The position numbers were made by a program, and so were the translations under genes. The notes under the pieces are model-generated. The model was not told the origin of the DNA. It searched no databases and worked only from the letters and a program-made list of their open reading frames with translations. From Camelus dromedarius (lineage: Eukaryota), in contig NC_087436.1 in assembly GCF_036321535.1 (NCBI RefSeq), positions 52,702,001-52,766,000 of the forward strand: 64,000 nucleotides of DNA, given 5' to 3'. How positions within the stretch are numbered: position 1 is the stretch's first letter; each line of letters starts with the position of its first letter. Below, one piece after another: positions 37,571 through 51,249 of this stretch.

Positions 37571-38239
37571 AAAAGGATCAATAGTTGTGAGAGGATTTTT
37601 TTCAAGGGTGTGCTGCACACAGAAAGAATGTGGCTGCAGCAGAAGTTTTGAAATCATTCTGAGCAACTGGAAGGCAGACTTGCATTTTTATCTTTGTCAA
37701 TTTTCAGTAACTATTTTGTAACACAGATCAGAAGGAGGTCAATATGGCCCAGAATGTGGAGGCCTTTGGGATGTCACACTAAGAAATGCAATTTCTACAC
37801 AGGTGAGTTGTTTCATGTTTGTAAGCAGTGAGGTACTATCATAACGTAGAATTTAGGGGAGATCATTCAGAAAACATTGCATTTAATGAATGGCTTAGGA
37901 GTGATAAAGAGGCAGGAGGCAGACGATTTGTGAAGAACCAACTGAAACAGCCTAGCGGGGAAGGGAGAAGAGACTAACCTAGATCAGAAACAAGTTATGA
38001 TGGCAGTAACTAGTTCAAGAGCCATTACAAGGGAAAATGAACAGGTTTTGATGGCTGAGTATAAGGAGGAGAAAAAGGAGGGTATCCCTAAACTTCCTAT
38101 ATTCAGGGTTTTCTGCTGTTGTTTAATGTAGAAGGTGGTATCACCACCCAGAATGGGGAATGAGAGAACTTATGGAAGCTTCCCTAAGATAAGATGACCT
38201 CACCTCTTCCATCTGGCATCACTTCTCCTTTAATAAATG

Positions 38240-39605
38240 CTTGAGGTGGAGTTCCTCGGAATAGACTCTGAGATGGAGATTTGCAAGCAGGAAGTTAACG
38301 CCCTTTGATCAGCAAGAGAGAAGGAAGTAAAACTGACTGAGCAAAAGAGAGAGTTGAACCTATGATGCAGTCTCACAGAATGGTCTCACCTGATCTCTCA
38401 GGGAGTTCTGGAGCTAGGATGCCTTTCAAAGTTATTTCCCCTGAGGCAAGGGGTTCACCTTGATCCCTGCCCTCACTGACCATGCATTAGAAACAGGCTG
38501 CTGAGGACAGGTGTGTGTGACTTTGGATGAGGCAGCACTCTACAGCTGAGGCAATTCCTGAGGTGCTGACGGGGCTGTGAACAGTCAGCCACCAACAGTC
38601 CCGATGGTTTGGAAGATGCTGGCCTCAGATGTAAAGAGGGGATCTGAGTGGTGCATTGCAGCACCTTCCCCAGCCCATCGCTTGTACCACTCAGATCCAA
38701 ATTCTGGGTCCAGCTTTTGCAGGTCTCTGGTCTCATTTCCCGGGGAAACTGACAGAGGAAGGTGAGTGGGACAAATGACAGTCCTGCCACTGCAGGTGGT
38801 CTGAAAGCTACAAAAGAGCATCATTCCCTTGTCAACCACCGTTCTAGATTCCCCACATCCTCTGTTATCACCTCTCCTGGTCAGCTAACTTGCTAGTGGG
38901 TGACCCAGATCCCCATCGCTGAGAGATCTAAGCCCCTGGTTACCACGTCCTTAGGCCTTGGTTGTTGAACTTGTTCATATACTTATGGTTGTTCCCACAA
39001 TGGTTGTTCTTACCCCATAGGTCAAAGCATCAATATATTCAGCAAACTACCAGGTGTGTCCATTGGAATTATGTATTTGGGGACCAAGGAAATGTCTATT
39101 GGGTGCATCCGTGAGTCCCACAGATACACTGTGAGCTGGATCTGGACTAGGACTCTATTTATTACTTAGAGACCATAATGACGCTTTAGGTCCAGGTCAT
39201 CACTGTCAATTCAGAACTCACGTCCAACACGCCCTGAAATGATTCATTCATTCTCCATTTTTTGTTGTACAACTACCCAAGTAAATGGCTATAGGTCACT
39301 TAGGGGGAAAGACTGGGGCGGGGAGTCATTACAGCATATACTTGTCATGGGATTGCTGGCATTTTTCCTCCAGAAATTTTTACCTCTCCTTCAGTAAATG
39401 GGTTCTAGGCTGGAAACTGGTTTAGCTCTGGAAACTGAGCAGAGGACTGTGATTTTTTTATTGGAAAGGCTGCCTCAAAGAAGCAGGGTTGCTTTGCATG
39501 GAGAGGGGTCAGTGGAAATATGTTAATCACCGACACTTCCAGCAGCTGGGGGATATGTGTCCCAGACATGGATGGTGCACTATGACGTAGCATCCATTAC
39601 AACAA
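38240..39605 (-). mobile_element. ERVL remnant: LTR (LTR33/LTR16-like) + internal fragment + second LTR piece
   Basis: agactctgagatggagatttgcaagcaggaagtt LTR motif; minus-strand VLDVSSELTVM near 39200-39232 resembles the ERVL protease LLDTGSELTLI. Confidence 0.7.
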
Positions 39606-40603
39606 CCAATCCTTTTAAGGTGAATGTAGAAAGGTGGAACTAAGAAATAAAAGTTTGGTTGAAATGATGGAAAAGAGAGAAATCTAATTTATTCTAAATA
39701 TCTAATAAATTAGATTCTAAATCTAATAAATTCTAAATTATCAAAGTTTCTGTTGGTTTGAACTCTGCCTTAGTCTCAGAGGGTAACTTACAGTATAGTG
39801 TTATCAGGCTCATGTGGAATAATTCTGATATGCCAAACACAAGTCTCACTAACATATCATGTATCTATAATTAAACAAAGGAAGTGTTTACCAGTGAAAA
39901 GGGCTTTGCTAGGGTATTTGTAGTAGGTGGAGAGAACAGCTGGAAAATTCTGACCTGACTCACTAAAAATGGCATAAGAATAAATCCGTAAATGGCAGTG
40001 CTAGGTCTACAAACTTCTGCATGGTCTTCTCCACTCATGATGTTACATATGATGAAAAACGACCAGACCATGAGAAAACTCGTTTTTAATAATCAGTTCT
40101 CCAAATGTGAAGGGGCCCAAAATAACACCGTATTGTGTACAGCACCAACCCAGATGGCCTCTGCCAGTTTCTGTGGGGACAAAGAGTACTTTATCGCTGG
40201 AGTTACAGAAATATTGGTGTGCACTGCAAGAGCCAAAGTTCAATGTTGCTCTTGATGCAAAGCCCTGAAAAGTATTGCTTTAGTTCTTCCTGATAGTCAA
40301 CCCAAACTGCTGTGCATTCAAATCGTTCTATCTACCAACATTTAAATGACTGGAAAGAGTGGAGTGTTATTAACATAAAACAACTATTTCTTATTGCTCC
40401 CAGACTGGGAGCAATATATTGGGTTTCTCTTTAATAAGCAGAGATGACAATAAGTCCAGTTGAATGTTGATGTAGACTATGGGATTTGCAGCCTCAGAAG
40501 TATAACTAGAAGAATAATGAACAAGGCTGTTATGGAAGAAAATTTCTGGAATTTCAGCACTGCCATTATGAGTTGGTTTATCTTTATCACTATGAGTTTA
40601 CAG

Positions 40604-40772
40604 TGTATTTACAGAGGGAACTATATTCAATATCTTGTAGTAACCTACAATGAAAAATATGAAAATGAATATATATGTGATTGAAAAATGCTGTACACCA
40701 GAAATTGACACATTGTCAATTGACTATACTTCAATTTTAAAAAGTAATTAAAAGATAAAAATAAAAATTACA
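40604..40772 (+). mobile_element. Short camelid-like L1 3' end
   Basis: gggaactatattcaatatcttgtagtaacctacaatgaaaa...gactatacttcaatt; possible TSD gagtttacag / gagttcacag. Confidence 0.85.
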
Positions 40773-43099
40773 GAGTTCACAGAAAAAATAGGACTAGGAA
40801 AGGCCACGTGAAATCTGTATAATATTGTAACCAGAGCGCTAACAAAAACCACAACAATCCTAATTAAACAAATAAAAAGCCATAAGACTAAAGAAAACTA
40901 CAGTAAATACAGGATTCTACCATTATAAAAAAGTGAAAGCTAACTTCATGAAAAGTGTGTAAGGAATGATTAGACTGTCAAATCATGGAGACAAGGACAA
41001 AAATTATAAACCAACATGGAAGAACCAAACATTACACACTTCCAGGACAGAGCACATGGCATCCTTGGAAGCCCAGGAGGTGAAGGGACCCTAAGCACAG
41101 CAGTGTATTCTTCCGTTGCTTGCTGCCTCTCCTGTGTTAAAATAACTTGCACTGGGTTTGTGTTATTTGTTGGCACTGTGGAGAAACTGCTTATGCCCAA
41201 ACCAAATTTCACATTATATCAGCACCTTTAACAATAAAACTGCCCTATTTAACAATAGCTTTTGAGGTAATGTGTTTAATGGAAGCACATGTTTCAGAAG
41301 TAAAGAACTAAGATTGGGTATGTTTATGGCTACAGGAATGTAAGTTAAACTAGCCTGTCTAAGGGAATATTTAAGCAAAGATAAAGAAGACTTGAAATGT
41401 TCATACTTTCTAACTCAGTGACTTCCTTGCAAGTATCCCTGAGGCTGCTGCTGGCACCACTGCCACTGCCCTCTCGGAAAACTGGCTTCCACCCTTCTTG
41501 GCACACGAATTCTGCACGGCCTCACTTCTCCAACCCTCTACCCTTCTACTCAAGGTGTAAAAGAGCCCACATCAGCTGCGAGGGTGGCTGGGAAATCAAG
41601 TATCTGACGTTATCTTTCAGCTTCCACTGTTGGGGGGTGGGGGTGTGGTCCTGAACATAGAAGGGGGATTCAGACGCTGAAAGGAAAAAGAAAAGGCCAT
41701 ATCCTTTAAATATATTAATTTTATAGAAATAAAAATTGCAATTTTTTCAGATAACATTAATTATGATACAGATATATATCCATAGCATGGATTCATATAC
41801 TAGCACTTGAAATCTGTTTTTCATATATAGTTTAATGACTTTGGAAATTATTATCTCTGCTTCCTGTTGCTATATCTCTATTTACTTTACTACATATTTA
41901 CAAAGAAAAAAGACTAGAAGTATATACAGCAAAGTGTCATCTGCATTTATCTGTGGTTTATGCAATTACAGGTAATTTTAATTTTCTTTTTTATACCTTT
42001 CAATATTTTCCTTAATGATGAAAAAGCAATAAACAGATTATTTTTAAGTGGAATTTGTTTGAACTCCCAACAGATAGCACATAACAGATGACAGGTTATG
42101 CACAAAGCTGAAAGAAAAAGAATCAGAAAATCATAAACATGATCCTATCAGGATTTTTTAAATAAAATGATAGCTTAAATAAATGAATGAATAATAAAAT
42201 TGCTACATGGTTCTTTCATTGCATATATACTGTAAATGATCATTGTAATTGATCATTTTTGATAAATTCACATCTTATCAATTGTTCTTATAGGTAAGGA
42301 CATCTCTGGGCCAGTTTTTTAAATTTGGAGTTGCTAACTATTCAAAAATTGCAACAAGAACTTTCATCTTCTCCTGGGCAACTACCTGATGCTTCGAGTA
42401 GAAATTCAGCTGAGATTTTAAAGGCCTGGTTGGGAATTACTCAGTTCCTACTTCCCAATAGTGATTATCATAAGAAGAAGTATCATTTGAACACTGTGTT
42501 GTATAGTGTATTAGGCATTTTATACATGCTGCTTGTTAATATGCATCATTCAGTAAGTAAGATGTAATTTCTCCATTTTGCTAAGGGGGTTAACCTCAAA
42601 GAGATATTTAACCTGTTCAAAATCTTACAGCCATTAAGTTGTAGAATCCAAATGCAAACCCACGTTGGTTTGAGGTTCAGTAAGGCCAGGCCAGAATGAG
42701 ACATTAAATGCTAGAAAGTCAAGTCAAATTGAGTCAAGGTTCAAATGTAGAGGGGACCAAGTACAAACATCAAATTGTACAATCAGTGTAGATGGTGACT
42801 TCAGAGCCGAGAAGTTAACTGAGGAAGACAGAAGAGCAGGGCAGGTCAGCAAGAAGACTTCCTTGGCCACTGCATGGACACCCAAGAGCATCTGCCACTG
42901 TCTGCGAGCAGATACAGATGTGGTGTGAAGCACACCTGGCTGTGGGCCAGACACAGGGCAGAGAGATCACAGTCTCCACCAAAGTGGGCATTTTTCACAG
43001 TCCAGTTCCAATCTATGAAGGAATTTGAACTGGTCGTGAAGACCCAGGGACCCAGGCTGAGCTATAGGAAGGAAGATGTACACATCCTGAAGCCAAATG

Positions 43100-43290
43100 G
43101 CTGAGTTTGAATCCTTGCTTTATTCCTGACTCGTTGTGTGGTCATGGTTTGGTTTCTTGTGCTCTGTTTCCCTGTCTGTAATAAGGAAGGTTAACACTTC
43201 ATAGAGTTATTGTGAGCATTTAGTGATTTAATACACATACAGCAGTGCTTGGAACTGTGCACAGTGCCAACTCAGCATGTAGTTTGTACC
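43100..43290 (+). mobile_element. MIR fragment
   Basis: ctgagtttgaatccttgc...ctctgtttccctgtctgtaa...catagagttattgtgagcatt. Confidence 0.7.
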
Positions 43291-43559
43291 ACTTGTTTTT
43301 AAGCATGACCTTTTTAGTCTAAAAAAGACCAGCCACACACACAGAGGGACTTAGTGAGAGAGGATATAGTCTAAAGCTCAAAAAGTCACCAAGGGGCTAA
43401 ATTCCCTCAACACCAGGTGTGGACACAACAGACTATTTTAGGATCCCATTCACCAAATACCCTGCCAGCCATGCTCTCACGGGTTCAGGGACTTGGCAGG
43501 AAGGACCCCACAGGTGGCAGACGATTGAAACTCTTCACTGGGTAGGCCAGAGATGGAAA

Positions 43560-43930
43560 GAGTTTCCAAACAATAGACCAGTTAGTCATCTAGATTTGAT
43601 TTTAGGCAAGCTTCTAGAACGCTTTGTTAAAGCAATGGTTAACACTGAGATGCAGCAGAAGTGAGATGTACAGACCAGCCTACATTCACTATCATTCATT
43701 CATAGACTAACAATTTGTTTCTTTGGCTCATCCGCCCCTAAATTTAGGTAAAGAAATAGGGCAACAGGTTTCAAATATTTGAAACACTGTTGTGTGTGTG
43801 TGTTTGTGTGTGTGTAAAGATTACATTTGTTCATGCCACCTTAAGGTCCAAGGAATCAAAGCTACTAAAAAATAGATCTCAGTTCATCAAAAAGAATTTT
43901 CTAACAGTCTGAACAAGAGGCTGAAAACAC
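43560..43930 (+). mobile_element. L3/CR1 LINE fossil
   Basis: NNRPVSHLDLILGKLLERFVK resembles the CR1 RT motif NYRPVSLTSIPGKILE; tttcaaatatttgaa...aagaattttctaacagt is L3 3'-like. Confidence 0.6.
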
Positions 43931-43949
43931 TCTACCGATTTATCCCTTG

Positions 43950-44435
43950 TGTAATCTTTTGTTTGGTTCACAAATAGGCATATTACGTATGCTGTGCATG
44001 CTGCATGCCCACAATCTGTGCAGTTGTACAAAGTGGCCCAGAAACTTTCACAGGAAAATCCTGTAATAAACCATAATTGAAAAAGAATATATGTACACAG
44101 TTATATATATATATATATATAAAGAATATTTATATGTACACAGTTATATATATATATATAACTGAATCACTTTGCTGCACACCAGAAACTAACACAACAT
44201 TGTAAATCAACCATACTTCAGCAAAGCATTTTTTAAAAAAAATCTGGATTTCTGTCTTCTTTTAAGAAATCTTACTCTGTGTGCAAGGCCTGCATTCCCT
44301 AGGAGTAACAAGCTTCTGGCACTGAATGGAAGCCTCTTCTGTGGATGGGTATATGCATTCCAGGAGGCCACTGTCCCCACCTGACCCAGTCACTGCTTTA
44401 TACCATCTGTCTGAAAGGTATTTGTGTTAAGATCT
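43950..44435. mobile_element. MER102-like hAT element interrupted by a short L1 3' end (44061-44240)
   Basis: aaaatctggatttctgtcttc...gccactgtccccacc; nested actgaatcactttgctgcacaccagaaactaacacaacattgtaaatcaac. Confidence 0.65.
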
Positions 44436-46149
44436 CAGATAATCTTCTTAATAAATGCAAAAAAAAAGTATCCCTTCCCTCATTAATAAGATTCTCTGAT
44501 ATGCTAATTTCCTGAATCTAAAAGTCACTCAACAATCTCCATTTTTTGCTGTTGTTAGTTATTTATGACACTGTCAGGCTCATGAAAGGACACACGGTCC
44601 TTTTCAATAAGAATCTAGCACCATTCTCTGCTTTAAACATATGTCCTGTTTGGTAGCTCTTTGGCCAACAGCTGCAATGCTTCTCTCTCTCAAATTTCAA
44701 AGCAACTTTAAGAATAAGGACAGGAAATTCAAGGGCTTCAAAAGAACTTTTGATTCTCTCCTGTGACCGATGAGTGCATGTTGAAGAGTAAATTACTATA
44801 ACAGCTATCTATTTTTAAATGACTTCTGTCACATTACTTCAATACATGCTGTGATTAAACATATTGAATTTCCTGATATTCAACTACACCAAGACCTCTT
44901 CCTTGAACTCTGCAGACTTTATTGATTTATATTCTTAAGAAAATAAAAAACAATGACAGGAACAGACTTTAATTAATGTGTTAAGGCAGATCATGCTATT
45001 ATCATAAATGAGAAAAAGTTGAATCACAGTAACATTGTTCAAAATAAAATGGTGATTAAAAAAACAAAAACAAAAAACCTAGGCAGGGTTTGTGGGTATT
45101 AGGTAAAGAAAATAAAGCTATTTTTGCAAAAGCTAAAACTGTTGGCCAGCACTCAGATGTAGTAACATGTGGGAGGTTATGTTTCTAAATATAATGTAAA
45201 TTAATCCTCTTGGTCATTAGGTATCAAGCAGTCTTACTGTCCTTAAAACTTAGAAACAAGAAAATCCTCAGGGAAGTTCTCAGTAGAAATAAGATATTAG
45301 ATTTTGTAAATGCATCTGCTAAATATTAAGTAAAATGCTCATTTCTGTGATTAATATACAATAAGAAAATATACAATAAAATATACTTGATGAAAAGCAA
45401 GCTACCTGATGTTTTAAAAAGTAAAAAAAAAAAAAAAAATCCACTTCTCAAATTATTTTCTTACTTAAAAATGTTCGGAAGCACCTAACACTAAAACTAA
45501 CCTACTTTCTGCTTCTATTATATAAAAAATAAATTTGAAATGTACTGAAAACTTTTGGAAAACAAAAATATTTTGAGAGATTTATAGGATTTCCTAATTA
45601 AAGAATCAAATATGCTACTTAAAGACCTCTAAATGTCTGTTTCTGAAATAGTTTCAGCTCCATTTAAAAAAAAATAAATTCTGCAAAAATATTTGCATCA
45701 AATATTTTTGGTTCAAAGGCATTCCTGACATGATTACTCCTTTGTGAGTTTAAATTATTTTAAATAAAATCAAGTTGATTCTAAAGTGACAACAACCTGG
45801 ATTCTTGCCTCCATTTTCTTCTCAATAAACAGAAGAAGTTCGTTATCTCTGCTGCATGAGATCATTAAGAAAGAATTGTCTGTCTTGGGTGGCAGGGTCA
45901 GGCCTGAGGAGCAAAAGGTGGCATGCTGAGTATGGTCACTGGGTTAACATTTACAAGGACTGAAATGAGTAAAAGCCTTACAGGCAGAAGTGATAGTCTG
46001 TGGAGAATTATGGTAATGGGAGGAACTCGGGGTATTTGGAGAAAATCAGTTTCCTGTGCCTAGAATGCAGGTTACAGTGGAATAACAGGGTGCTAGGAAA
46101 AGCATACCTTTCATATCATTTGGGTCACAGTTTAAATTCTGATTCAGAT

Positions 46150-46600
46150 ATTAATAAAATCTCATGTTAGGTGAAAAAAATAATCCATGTGGCATTAGGG
46201 GATAGATCTAGCTTAACAACAACTGTTATGAAAAAACAGTTGTTAATCATGTCTGTTTTGTGCTCTACATTCTGAAGGAAACACTGGCAGCCAGTAGAGA
46301 ACAATTAAGAAGAGGAGAGGTTGTTCAATTTGAAGGAAGTCCTTTCTTTGAATATTTAAAGGACTCTCCTATAAAAGATAAGAACAATTACGTGATTTTT
46401 CCAAGAATGGTAGATTTTGTGAAAGGGCATCTCAATCAGACTAAAAGAGCACTTTGTAGCTGTCAGAACTGCCTTGTAATTCTTCACAAAGACGAAAGCC
46501 CCTTTTCTCTAGAAAGAAATGCTGGGTGACCATCCAGCAGAGATGCTGTGGATGGGATTCCTGTGGCAGCTGCTGGACCCCCTTTGGCTTTTAAGAGCCT
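46150..46600 (+). mobile_element. Second L3/CR1-like fragment
   Basis: ctttgaatatttaaaggactctc...ctgggtgaccatccagcagagatgctg. Confidence 0.45.
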
Positions 46601-47059
46601 CTCAAATTCTAAGACTCAATTGTCTTATCATTTCAAATCTTGGCCAATAAAAGTCAAGGCGGTTCTCATTGTTTTGCTTCTTCTCGTTATTCATATCAGT
46701 TTTGAAACCTGTATTTTATTCTTACCTTTCCTCTTTTTACTGTGTTAAAATTCTTTCTATTGTATTGGTACTCATAACACTATGAATTTATTCCCCCTGA
46801 AATATGTATTCTCATCAGCCTAAAATTGTATTGCATCACTCCATTTCTATCACTACCATCACTATTAAAAAACTGGAAGAAAAAAAAGATTTACTCATAC
46901 AGAAGCAAATGGATTTTAGAAAAATATGACTATTGATGACTTCAAGCTAAAAAAGACAAAATTATACTTTCTTGACATTAAAGTAATAATAATGTAATAT
47001 AAATATGCAGCACAATAGAGTGTCTCAGAGGAGCAAGGAGGTTTGGGAGGTTTTTGCCT

Positions 47060-47230
47060 TTCACTGCTTAATCACTCAGCAATCTTGCAGGGTAGAAATG
47101 ATTATCCCTAGTCAAAACGAGGAAACTGAGGTTCAACATGGTTAACTAACATGCTAGAGGTCAAAGAACCAAGAGAACTGGCTTTGAACTAATTTTCTGA
47201 TTCTGAAGCCTGTGTTTTTTAGGCTCTACA
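47060..47230 (-). mobile_element. MIR SINE
   Basis: gaggaaactgaggttcaacatggttaactaacatgctagaggtca. Confidence 0.75.
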
Positions 47231-47819
47231 GACTCTCTCCCCTTAGCAGAAGCACAGTGGCATTCAAAATAGAGGCAGTGTTTTTAAAATATTTAAGGAA
47301 ATACCAGTGAGCAAGACATTAAGTGAAAAGCTGTAAAGTTTTGGCACACAGCTTACTGATTAAGAGTACAGCACATCAAAGTTATGCCTATGAAAATGTT
47401 ACAAGACAGGTGCAAAAACTTAGCCTGAAGGAGCTAAATGGCACAGTGTTGGTAAGCATCACCCAAGCCCAGAACACACTTCTTCCAAACAACTGAAATT
47501 AGCTAGTTAGAGAAGCTGGACTCCTAATGTGGAATTTTTACAAAAGTTGTTTAGTGCATCTTTAACCTCAGTACAAGTCTTTAGCCTTTTTTCAGAGGTA
47601 TCTACATATCACAAACCAGAGCACTTGGTCCAGTGTTGGCACATTAAAAGTAACATGAGGCAAGATTGACTGACTGAATGAATGAATAAATGAAATCATA
47701 TAAAACCAAACAATGGGGACAGGTACCAGAATAACACACATAACAAAAGGTTTACATAGATAACACTCCATGCTTAAAGGATCTCCATCATATTTGCCAA
47801 TTCATAGGGTTTCTTGGTT

Positions 47820-48480
47820 ATTCATAATTAATTAGTTTTTATTTAGCATTTTCTCTGTGCTAAGTGTTATACTAAGTATTTCACATGGATTTTCTCACTT
47901 ATTGCTCAAAAAAAATTCCTTTGAGACAGTTCAGCATGAAGGTTGACAGCACAAACCTGAGCCAGATTTTGTGGATCTGGCTCCACACTTACTAGTAGTG
48001 TCAGCTTGAGCAAGATACTTCACCTCTCCATGCTCTGTTTTCTAATCTGTAAAAATGGGCTAAAAATAGGTTCTATCTCAAAGGATACAGAGTGCTTAGT
48101 TCAGTGCCTGGCATAGAATATGTAAAAAACGGTTAGCTGTTATCACTCAGATCTAGAGCCACATGGCCTGGGTTCTAATCCCACTTTCACCTCTAATTAC
48201 CTATACGATCGTGAACAAACAGCTTAATCTCTCAGAGATGCAGTTGTGTCATCTCCAAACAGATGACAGTAATACATCCTGAGGTTATTTATTGATTATA
48301 TAAGTTAATATACAAGTGCTTCCGAAGAAGTGCCTGCCATACAAAAACACTCAATAAATGTGGAATATTATAAACCTCATTTTTTAGATGATAAAACTGA
48401 AATTCTCATATGCCATGTGAGTGTGGGCCAGGACTCAAATTTAGACAGACGGACTCCAGTGTCCTAATCCATTTTAGGTG
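47820..48480. mobile_element. Cluster of nested MIRs in both orientations
   Basis: Two + cores (48000-48140 and 48150-48365) inside a minus MIR (47830-47930 and 48370-48470). Confidence 0.7.
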
Positions 48481-50199
48481 GTCTCAAAACAAACATTGAA
48501 ATGTTAAAGAAATGCTACCTAGCAATAATATTTTAGATTATAACCTAGTTATTTTGGACGTACAATTCGATGAGACCTATCTGTGTGGGACTGCAAGTAA
48601 TTATTTCACTATCTACTCATTAAAATGCAGATATGTAAGTCTTGAAAGCAACATTATGAAGTGTTCCAGAATACTTCCATTCCTACAGCAGTGATACTTG
48701 CCACGAGCACTCTCAGAGCCTTAAATATGTTTGTCTTCTCCTTCCTTACTGCTTGTTTCCAAATTCCAGCTACTTCAAATCTCTTTATATCCTCTGATTT
48801 CTGGTTTCTTCCATCTTGCCCTAAAAGACCATGGGCTTAGCCAGTGCCAAATATTGTGCATTGGAAAAAGCATGGGCTTTGTAGTTAGACACACACTGGT
48901 AAATTAACATAACAGGGTATCTTATGTTGTGACTACTAAAACAACGTTCTTAATTTCACCTTCAAAGTTCTTTCAGCTTTCTTCACCAATTGGAGCTTAA
49001 GGTTTATTGCTCTAGGGAAGCAAAGAGCCTAGAACAAAGACAATATTGCTCAACTTTGATTTTCAGAGCTGACTTTCTTCACTTCTTAATGGGAGAGAAG
49101 GGACTTGAAAGCTAGTCTGTCAGGACAAAGAGAGAGTGATCTATCGACATCACAAATCACCACTTTAAACACGTGGAGACACAGAGCTGGCGCACCAGAT
49201 CACAGAACCCAGGTGGTAACATAAAGGAGATGCAAAGCCCACCCTTCCAGCCTGAGTGAAGAAAAGCAAGCAGAAGTTGGTAAGATTTGTGTGTCCTGCT
49301 CACCTATTTCAGAGTATTCAATTTTTTAAAAAATGCCTAAAACGCAAGCACTTTTGTCCTACTTCACAAGGGGAAAGGAATGGGAGGGAGGGTGGGTGTG
49401 TGGCAAGTGAAAGCTGTCGCATCGTGTGATTAGGCAGAAATAGGGTCTTAACTGAGTTCTCCTAAGATAGATGTTCCCACCTGACCCCAACATGGCACAC
49501 AGATGTCAGCTCATGGTGTGACTTGGCTCAGAGTCAGAGTCAGTGTGGCAAAGGCAAAGTGTTCCAGGTGCTGAGCAGGTGTCACAGAGATCTTAAGGCT
49601 AATAACCAAAAAGTCCTTGGTCCTGACCCTGTATTTATAGAGAACAGACAACAACCTCAGCCTCTAAGGCTAACAGGGCAAGTAGTAGTCAGAGGTAAAT
49701 AAGAAGCATTTCTCTAGGGACCAGAGGATAGTACACAGCTCTGAAGACCTTAGATCTTAGAGACCATCTATTTCCCTTCACCACAGGGTCCCCCTCGCTA
49801 ATACACCCAGACACCATGTTGGAGAGAAGGAGGTTGAGAAGAAGGAAACCAAAAAACTGGGATTTAGACCAAAAAAAATATTATGCTGCCTAAAGACTTA
49901 AACTATTGGATTAGACTAAAATTATTAGATTAAATTGTTCTACTTTGCTAATCAGTAGATTAGATACTAGAAAGAAAGATCAAATAAGTGAGACAGAACA
50001 TAAACTGCATGTTCTTTTTACATCTGTGTGTATAAATCTGTGACCCTCCTCATACAAATAGATTTTCTTTTTGACCAGCAGCCAAGAGTTTTCAGAAATG
50101 TTATCAGCACAGAAGTCAACCACACAGAAAGGATTTAGCTTTTATTGTTGGAACCCTTATACGTCATGTATCATGAGTGCTGGGGACACTGAGACTTAA

Positions 50200-50420
50200 A
50201 AGTAATAACAAGCACACCTTAAATGATGACTATGTGCCAGTCACTGTGCTAAGCATTTTGTATGTATTACCTCATGTAGTGGGTACTAATGTTAGTCTAT
50301 TTTTACAGATGAAGAAATCAAAACTTTTGAGGTTAAATAATTTCACCAAAGTAAGCGGATACAGAATTAGAACCCAAGGCCACTTTACTCCAGAGACTGA
50401 GCTCTTAACTGCTACCCATT
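50200..50420 (-). mobile_element. MIR SINE
   Basis: actatgtgccagtcactgtgctaagcattt...ttttacagatgaagaaatc. Confidence 0.8.
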
Positions 50421-51249
50421 CCTCCTTAGAATTCAAGAGCAAAGCCACCTGTCCGTTACAGTGGTACTGGGACTACTGTTTTAGGGAAGAGATCTAAGAA
50501 TAACCTTCCTGTATGTGGAAAGGAATTCACAGAGATATTTAAGCTGGAAAATAAAAATGTAAAGGAAGGTTGGAGTGATGTGTGATAATTATTTCAAGTT
50601 CATTCCAACAGATGCATTTTAGCAAGAATAGATTGTTTTCTTTAAAAAGGAAAATAACAGGTAAACCCTGTTTTTTTAATCAAACTGGAGAAAGTTCACT
50701 GTGGATAATTTATTTAAAAAAACAAACTTTCCACAACAAATGGAAGACAGGAAAAAAAAGAGGGAGAGAAGGAGGAAGGAAGAAAGAGGGAAGAAAAGAA
50801 AGAGAACTTTGGGCAGCAAGGACTCTAGATTTCATATAACATTTCTACTTACTTTGCAGCAGCACTGGCCATGGTTACAGAAGTGATCTGATACCAGGAT
50901 TCTCCTACCTAAAATGGAAATGGATATTCATTTAAATAGACAAGTGAAATTTACTCTATGGAGCATACACTTAAATAACAGATTTTAAATTAATTATTAA
51001 AAATTCGAATAAAAGTGTATCAGGAGAAATGGGCAAAGGGGATATAAATTTAGTAAATAGGGAATTTAAAACAACAACAAAAAGTGTATCAATATAAATT
51101 TATCACTTTTAAATTTTCTCTGATTTCTCAGTTCTATATAAAAATAATAGTAAAGTATTTAAAAATATTTGTTGAACAAATGCTAGAAAGCTTGAAAATA
51201 GATACACATTTTAAATTATTTAATTAATTAATTTTTAAGGATATAATGA

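Noticed and set aside
39690..39740. ATTCTAAAT/CTAATAA imperfect tandem
   Set aside because: AT-rich slippage with no further structure
49270..50050. Possible ancient Gypsy-like LTR
   Set aside because: Only a general resemblance; no termini or TSD that I can support
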